From: Candidatus Cloacimonadales bacterium
Lineage (GTDB): Bacteria; Cloacimonadota; Cloacimonadia; Cloacimonadales; JAFGVF01
Direction of reading: 5' to 3'
NCBI GenBank assembly: GCA_963662585.1
Contig: OY759729.1
Span: 2,464,001 to 2,528,000, forward strand
DNA: 64,000 bases
Shown here: positions 58,057 through 64,000 of the stretch, one piece after another
How the letters are laid out: every line of letters begins with the position of its first letter
Numbering within the stretch: position 1 is the stretch's first letter
The notes under the pieces: model-generated
Databases searched by the model: none
What the model was told of the DNA's origin: nothing
What the model saw: the letters and a program-made list of their open reading frames with translations, nothing else
Program-made: the position numbers and the translations under genes

Positions 58057-58341
58057 TTATTTAAATGTGTCTATAATTTCATTTTTAAATTCGCGTGAGA
58101 ATTTAAAAGTAGGAACTGTTCTTTCAGGAACTGGTATAGTTGCATCAGTTCTAGGGTTTCTTCCTGTTCTTGGCTTTCTTTGTTTCAATTTGAAAGTACC
58201 AAATCCACGAATTTCGATATGGTTCCCATCTTTCAAGCAATCTTTCGTAGTAGTGAAGAAACTATCAACGATTACGCTTACATCTTTTCTGATAATACCA
58301 GTCTCATTAGCTATGATTTTTACTAAATCTGCTTTTGTCAT
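58057..58341 (-). CDS. HU/IHF family DNA-binding protein
   Basis: MTKADLV, IEIRGFGTF and RTGRNPRT motifs. Confidence 0.96.
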   Translation of the reverse strand: MTKADLVKIIANETGIIRKDVSVIVDSFFTTTKDCLKDGNHIEIRGFGTFKLKQRKPRTGRNPRTDATIPVPERTVPTFKFSREFKNEIIDTFK

Positions 58342-58723
58342 TTCTTCTCCTTATTATAACAATATTATTTCTTTCTTTATTATATAAAGTATTTAAAAAT
58401 ATTACTTTAGAATATCTGTCAAGCATTTTATGGAAAAAGATAAAAATACCTTTTAATTAATAAAATTAGATTATAAAAAAAACTTATAATCTCTCAACAA
58501 GAAAATAAAGTATAACCCATTTGTTTAATTATGGATTATCTGTCAAGACATCTTTATGCTATTCTTAAATTTAGTCAATTTTCTTGGCATAAGAATATTC
58601 ACATATAGAGGTAAAGGCAAGACTGGAATTCTTAAGATAATTTTTTGAGCAAGACTAGTTAATTTCTCAAAATTATTTTTGTAAAAAGAGAAGAAAAACT
58701 CAATATCTTAAAGTATATATTTT

Positions 58724-59923
58724 TTAAAATTTGTATTTAACAGAAATTTCAGAAGCTAAACCGTTAGACTTTCCACCTAAGAAGTTAGGTCCATCGAATA
58801 GCAATTCTTTTTCTAAGATACTATCGACACTGAACTTACCAAAGTTAAAGGTTAAACCTAAATTCATGTAAAACTCTTTTTCATAATACTCATATTTAGT
58901 TCCATTAGACTTAAACATTATATGAGCATAAGTTTGATTTGCACCAAATCTTCCAGTTAGCCATGAAGTAATTTCTGATTCTGCAGCAAGATTGTATTCA
59001 GGGAAGTAAAGAGTATTAAATTCAACGGTTCTTTTAACGGAGTCAGAATCAGTATCATTATATTCTGTTAATTTATTTGTTGTGGGATTGTAGATAATCG
59101 GTGTAACTCCAAAAATAAGATTGTTCTTGTTATTTGCTTTATATTGCATGCTAAATCCTAGATCAAATATTATACCTGTGAGTTCTTTCTTACTTTTGTC
59201 AAAATTATCAAGATTTTTATAATCCACCTTCATATCCTTCATAGCGAAACCAACTTTTACAGCTAACTCTAAGTTAGATTCCGGCCTATAAAATTTTCTG
59301 CCATCAAGGGAAAGAGATGTATAGCTCAATTCAAAATAATTTAGCTCTTCATCATTTACTTCATAACTTTCACCTTCAACATCAGTAACATTAGCCAATT
59401 CAAATCTAAGTCCAATATCTAGGTCATTAGCGGAATAACCACCAAAAAAAGAGCAGAAATTTGCAACAGGATCTATATTTAAAGTAGAGCCATTGTATAA
59501 ACTGTATTTAGTAGCTGAGTTAAAATCGGATGAAGTTCCAAAACCTACAGCAAATTTATCCATAAAACCAAAGTTGAACTCAACACTTTTGGTAATATCC
59601 ATGTCATAAATTGTATCTTCTGGAGGCTGGTAATACCAAAAATTTTCGTTGATCTCTGTATCATGGTTTAAATATATTCCTAGTTTGTATTCAAGAATAG
59701 GAATATTTGCACTCATAGACCATTGAGTAGAAGCAGCTGTTTGATTTAATTCGCCAACAACCACACCGCTATAGTTAAAGATAGTTGCAGGGAACATAAA
59801 GACATCAGTATCATCTTGAATCAAGCCGTAAGGATTTCCTAAGCCACTCATTCTACTTTGAGTCGCAAATACACTTATAATAACAAATAAGCTTAGTAAT
59901 AAAATTAATATTACTTTCTTCAT
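58724..59923 (-). CDS. Putative outer-membrane beta-barrel protein, paralog 1
   Basis: Signal peptide VFA-TQSR; amphipathic strands; C-terminal ISVKYKF (BAM-type terminal Phe). Confidence 0.75.
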   Translation of the reverse strand: MKKVILILLLSLFVIISVFATQSRMSGLGNPYGLIQDDTDVFMFPATIFNYSGVVVGELNQTAASTQWSMSANIPILEYKLGIYLNHDTEINENFWYYQPPEDTIYDMDITKSVEFNFGFMDKFAVGFGTSSDFNSATKYSLYNGSTLNIDPVANFCSFFGGYSANDLDIGLRFELANVTDVEGESYEVNDEELNYFELSYTSLSLDGRKFYRPESNLELAVKVGFAMKDMKVDYKNLDNFDKSKKELTGIIFDLGFSMQYKANNKNNLIFGVTPIIYNPTTNKLTEYNDTDSDSVKRTVEFNTLYFPEYNLAAESEITSWLTGRFGANQTYAHIMFKSNGTKYEYYEKEFYMNLGLTFNFGKFSVDSILEKELLFDGPNFLGGKSNGLASEISVKYKF

Positions 59924-60356
59924 AATTTACTCCTTTTACTCCACATAGTTTTGAAAAGTTAATCATCACTGAAGCATTAAGCAATAGTGGAGATCAATAA
60001 TTCATTTTACAATATACTAACATATCCAAAGTCTTATTGGTAGACTTATTTTTCTACTAAAATATTATGGGTATTGTTAATTTATGATAAAACAATTTAA
60101 AGTATATTTTTTTTGTCAACAAAAATATCCCTAAATAGCTAATGATAATTTCTTTGCCTGAGAATAATCACATATCTAGTTAAGGGAAGTTTAGAGTTGC
60201 TAAGATAACTTATTCACTAATCAGAATAGTTTTCAGAAATATTCTTGTCATTAATGGTTTAATCCTAGACAGGGGAATTCAAAAAAGGCTTATGGAAAAG
60301 TAAGGTCTAAAAGTTAGATTTTGTTTTTAACTAAAGTGATTAATTAATATTAGCAG

Positions 60357-60388
60357 AAAAAAAAGAGTATGGAATGAACCATACTCTT
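60357..60388 (-). terminator. Terminator after barrel paralog 2
   Basis: AAGAGTATGG-aatgaa-CCATACTCTT with a poly-T tail on the minus strand. Confidence 0.75.
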
Positions 60389-60408
60389 AATATTTTAAAA
60401 TATCTAGT

Positions 60409-61572
60409 TTAGAATTTGTATTTAACAGAAATTTCAGAAGCTAAACCGTTAGACTTTCCACCTAAGAAGTTAGGTCCATCAAATAATAATTCTTGTTCTA
60501 ATACACTATCAACACAGAAGTTACCGAATGAGAAGGTTAAGCCTAAATTCATATAGTAATCTTTTTGGTAATATGTGCTTTCAGTATCATCTTGATTGTC
60601 ACTGAAATAGTTCACTTTATCAGTAACATGAGCATAAGATTGATGAGCACCCATTCTTCCAGTTAACCATGAAGTGATTTGTGATTCTACAGCAAGATTG
60701 TATTCAGGTAAGAAGAGGAAAATCATTTCGTCTTCTTGCTTAGTGGAATCATCGCCATTATAGGTGGTAGTTTTTTCAGTCATTGGATTATAAATAAATG
60801 GTGTTAAACCAAAGATGATCTTATTTTTATCATTAGGTTTAACTTGAAGACCAAATCCTAAATCTAAGATAGTATTTGTTATTTCTACATCATTAATTTT
60901 GGTCCCATCTAATTCTTCAAGGTTATATTCAGTCATATCCATAGCATATCCAGCTTGAACAATAACTTCTAAATTGTAGTCAAGAGTTACGATTTGTCTA
61001 GCATTAACTTCAAAAGCAGTATTAGTCATTTCAAAATATTCACCTGAATTAAGAACATCTTCTGCATTAGCCATTTCAACTCTGAAGCCAAAATCCATAT
61101 TATTAGCAGAATAACCACCAAAGAATGAATAGAAATTTGCCTTTGGTTCAACTGTTTTTGTTCCTTCAGCTAAGACATATTCTTCTTTAGCTTTATAATC
61201 TACTGCAGTACCGAAACCTACAGCAAAGATATCCATAAAACCAAGGTTAAATTCAACACTTTTAGGAATGTTTAAATCTGAACCATATTCTGGAATATCA
61301 AATCCTGTGTCTTTGTTTAAATAAACGCCTAATTTATAGGCAAGAATAGGAATATTTGCACTCATAGACCAGTTAGTGGATCCGCTGAATTGTTGTATTT
61401 CACCAACAGCCACACCACTATAATCAAATATAGTTGCTGGGTAGGTAAAGACATCAGTATCATCTTGAATTAGTCCGTAAGGGTTTCCTAAGCCACTCAT
61501 TCTACTTTGAGTTGCAAAAACAGTTGTGATAACAAATAAGCTGAGTAATGTAATAATTACTACTTTTTTCAT
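60409..61572 (-). CDS. Putative outer-membrane beta-barrel protein, paralog 2 (start at 61572, MKKVVII)
   Basis: AAAGGAG RBS before 61572; termini match paralog 1. Confidence 0.75.
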   Translation of the reverse strand: MKKVVIITLLSLFVITTVFATQSRMSGLGNPYGLIQDDTDVFTYPATIFDYSGVAVGEIQQFSGSTNWSMSANIPILAYKLGVYLNKDTGFDIPEYGSDLNIPKSVEFNLGFMDIFAVGFGTAVDYKAKEEYVLAEGTKTVEPKANFYSFFGGYSANNMDFGFRVEMANAEDVLNSGEYFEMTNTAFEVNARQIVTLDYNLEVIVQAGYAMDMTEYNLEELDGTKINDVEITNTILDLGFGLQVKPNDKNKIIFGLTPFIYNPMTEKTTTYNGDDSTKQEDEMIFLFLPEYNLAVESQITSWLTGRMGAHQSYAHVTDKVNYFSDNQDDTESTYYQKDYYMNLGLTFSFGNFCVDSVLEQELLFDGPNFLGGKSNGLASEISVKYKF

Positions 61573-61800
61573 AGTCGTACTCCTTTCCATGTACTTAATT
61601 TTTTTTTATAACTTTTGTGAAGGACGCATATAGTGTGGTGTTTATCCTTCATTTCACAAAATAAAATTAAAATTCTTATAGTGTCAATAAAAAAATCATA
61701 AATTAGCTATTTTACACAAATAAGGCAGGAGAACTTGGAGAGGAAAAAGAAATTTCTTGCCAGAAGTAAGCTCTAAAAATTTTCTTCATAAAGAAGGAGC

Positions 61801-62139
61801 TTGCTAATGATAATTCAGATTTATGGTAATAAAAAATGTAAAGATACTCAAAAAGCACTTAGATTTTTCAAAGAGAGAAAAATAGATATTCAATTAATAG
61901 ATTTAACTCAAAAAGGTATGAGTCGAGGTGAAATTAAGAAAGTTGCTTTTGCGGTCGGGGTAGAAAATATGATTAATAAAGAATGTGATACTTTCCTTAA
62001 CAAAGGATTAAAATATGCTTCTTATGATGGTGAGGATATTCTTTTTAAGTACCCATTAATTACGGTAACTCCAATTGTTAGATGCGGAAGTAAAGCCAGT
62101 GTAGGCTATGCTCCAGAAGAGTGGAAGAAGATGCTTTAA
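61801..62139 (+). CDS. ArsC/Spx family protein
   Basis: IQIYGNKKCKDTQKALRFFKER and TPIVR motifs. Confidence 0.85.
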   Translation: MLMIIQIYGNKKCKDTQKALRFFKERKIDIQLIDLTQKGMSRGEIKKVAFAVGVENMINKECDTFLNKGLKYASYDGEDILFKYPLITVTPIVRCGSKASVGYAPEEWKKML

Positions 62140-62194
62140 TGGGGCTATTTCTGTTATAAGTAATTTGGATTAATTAGATAAAAAGGACTAAAGA

Positions 62195-62542
62195 ATGTAT
62201 TATTTAATAAAAGTTGCCATTACTGCAATCTTGGTTGTGATAATTTCCGAAGTATCCAAAAAAAGCTCAATAATAGCTGGGGTTTTGGCATCAATACCCT
62301 TGTTGTCTTTTATTGCATTATTTTGGATGTATTACGAAAACAAGGATTTAACAGTAATTATAAATTTTTCTAAAGCAATATTCTGGTTAGTAATTCCCTC
62401 TTTATTATTCTTTCTTGCTCTGCCTATTCTACTTAAAAAGGGAGTTAATTTCTATTTGTCGATGAGCATTTCGGCATCAGTGATGGTTTTATTTTATTAT
62501 CTAATGGTAGTGATTTTAAAAAGATTTAATATAACAATATAA
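62195..62542 (+). CDS. DUF3147-like small membrane protein
   Basis: ISEVSKKS...ASIPLLS...IFWLVIPSL; four TM segments. Confidence 0.7.
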   Translation: MYYLIKVAITAILVVIISEVSKKSSIIAGVLASIPLLSFIALFWMYYENKDLTVIINFSKAIFWLVIPSLLFFLALPILLKKGVNFYLSMSISASVMVLFYYLMVVILKRFNITI

Positions 62543-62552
62543 AGGAGAAATT

Positions 62553-62900
62553 GTGGAAATTAAAAGATTTGAAGGAACTGGAAGAATGAGTAGGGTTGTG
62601 GAACATAGTGGGACTCTCTATTTATGTGGTCAGACTTTTGGAGATAGTGATAATATCAAAGAACAAACCAAGGGTGTTTTAGATAAAATAGATGATTTAT
62701 TAGCTAAATATGGTTCAGATAAAAGACATTTATTATCGGTTACTATCTATTTAAGAGATATGAAAGACTTTGCTGTAATGAATGAATTGTGGGATAGTTG
62801 GGTTGAATCAGGTTTTGAACCAGCTAGAGCTACAGTTGAAGCAAGATTAGCCCGTGAAACTTTACTGGTTGAAATGTCAGTTATTGCCACCAAAAAGTAA
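62553..62900 (+). CDS. RidA family protein (YoaB/Rid2-like)
   Basis: RMSRVV, YLCGQ, MNELWDSW and PARATVEA motifs. Confidence 0.9.
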   Translation: MEIKRFEGTGRMSRVVEHSGTLYLCGQTFGDSDNIKEQTKGVLDKIDDLLAKYGSDKRHLLSVTIYLRDMKDFAVMNELWDSWVESGFEPARATVEARLARETLLVEMSVIATKK

Positions 62901-62902
62901 TA

Positions 62903-63745
62903 ATGAAACAGATTAACCTGCAAGAAATAGAAGAAGAGCTTTATCAAGAAATTGGAAAGGTGGGGATTGTTTTAGATTCTCAAGTGAAGAAAAAGTTGGA
63001 ATGCTCACTTGAAAATGAGACCAGTCCTTTAGCCAAGGAAATTCTCTCCGATATTTTGCTCAATGGACAAGTAGCTGAAGATCTTCAGAAACCTCTTTGC
63101 CAGGATACTGGAGTAGCTGTATTTTTTATAGAAGTTGGCTCAGACTTATGCTTTTTGGGTTCATTGCAAGAAACTATTGATTCAGCAGTAAGAAGAGCTT
63201 ATCAAGACTTCTATTTTCGCAAATCCATGGTAGAAGATCCCATTTTTCAAAGAAGAAACACCAAGAATAATCTACCAGCAATAATTCATTGGAGCTATAA
63301 TTCAGGGGATAAACTGAAAATATCTTTTGCTGCTAAAGGTGGAGGTTCGGAGAATATGAGTAGATTGAAGATGCTCAAACCTTCAGATGGTGTAACAGGA
63401 GTGAAAGATTTCGTCCTTGAAACTGTTAAACTAGCTAAGAGTAATCCTTGTCCTCCCATTATCGTTGGGGTTGGTGTAGGTGGTAATTTCGAGACTTGTG
63501 CCTTGCTTGCTAAGAAGTCACTCTTCAGAAGTCTTACTGATTCTCATCCTCAAGCTCAATGGGCAAATCTAGAAGCTGAACTTCTGCAAGAGATTAATAA
63601 GACAAATATTGGACCTCAAGGCTTAGGTGGTAATACTACTGCTCTTTCTGTTAAAGTAGAATATCTTCCTTGTCACATTGCATCACTTCCAGTAGCTGTA
63701 AATATTCAATGTCATTCTCATCGCCATTTCACCTTAACATTCTAA
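62903..63745 (+). CDS. Fe-S fumarate hydratase / tartrate dehydratase alpha subunit
   Basis: PLCQDTG, KGGGSEN, NPCPP, GPQGLGG and CHIASLPVAVNIQCH motifs. Confidence 0.93.
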   Translation: MKQINLQEIEEELYQEIGKVGIVLDSQVKKKLECSLENETSPLAKEILSDILLNGQVAEDLQKPLCQDTGVAVFFIEVGSDLCFLGSLQETIDSAVRRAYQDFYFRKSMVEDPIFQRRNTKNNLPAIIHWSYNSGDKLKISFAAKGGGSENMSRLKMLKPSDGVTGVKDFVLETVKLAKSNPCPPIIVGVGVGGNFETCALLAKKSLFRSLTDSHPQAQWANLEAELLQEINKTNIGPQGLGGNTTALSVKVEYLPCHIASLPVAVNIQCHSHRHFTLTF

Positions 63746-63756
63746 GAGGTTTATTT

Positions 63757-64000
63757 ATGGAAATTCATACTCCACTAACTATTGACAAGTGTATAGCTCT
63801 CAAAGCCGGTGATAAAATATATCTGACAGGTACGATTTATACAGCTCGAGATCAAGCTCATAAAAGAATTGTAGAAGCAATTACCAGAGGTGAAGAAATT
63901 CCTTTTCCCTTGCAAGATAATATAATATTTTATGTAGGTCCTACTCCTGCTAAACCCAATGAAGTAATCGGTTCTGCTGGTCCTACAACTAGTTACAGAA
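63757..64000 (+). CDS. Fe-S fumarate hydratase beta subunit (3'-truncated)
   Basis: MEIHTPLT...LKAGDKIYLTGTIYTARDQAHKRI...YVGPTP...GSAGPTTSYR, open to the window end. Confidence 0.92.
   Translation, partial: MEIHTPLTIDKCIALKAGDKIYLTGTIYTARDQAHKRIVEAITRGEEIPFPLQDNIIFYVGPTPAKPNEVIGSAGPTTSYR

Noticed and set aside
57968..58387. 139-aa plus-strand ORF
   Set aside because: It is an antisense shadow of HU and the bS22-like gene.

Overview
Low-GC bacterial chromosome segment. It is probably from Candidatus Cloacimonadota or another FCB-group anaerobe; this is inferred from the FlgD-Ig/T9SS-like C-terminal domains (NYPNPFNPET...KKMILMK), the outer-membrane barrels and the anaerobic oxygen-defence genes. 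The first half holds an Mla/Pqi-type ABC operon led by a PqiC-like lipoprotein fused to a barrel-like region, and a 2.2 kb tandem duplication of a secreted beta-helix protein with a divergent central cassette. These are followed by argF, a secreted S8 protease, a yggS/plsY-like/OMP/BatA operon, glgP, an S41 peptidase, a metallophosphoesterase, an amidase and smpB. The middle holds a minus-strand glycan locus: a binding protein fused to a permease, a permease with five GH42-like periplasmic repeats, GH38, a GH20-GH130 fusion and a CBM9-like protein. Its spacers carry three copies of a ~125-155 bp multi-hairpin repeat. The second half holds a 1456-aa surface lipoprotein, a PerR/Fur-led oxidative-stress cluster with an unlisted rubredoxin, tandem vWA lipoproteins, OsmC, tRNA-Lys and tRNA-Glu. 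It ends with a HEPN-like membrane protein, MATE, HU plus an unlisted 29-aa bS22-like ORF, tandem OM barrels, ArsC/DUF3147/RidA and fumarate hydratase alpha/beta. No CRISPR array, transposase, integrase or reverse transcriptase was seen. All calls come from motif recognition by eye, with no database searches.
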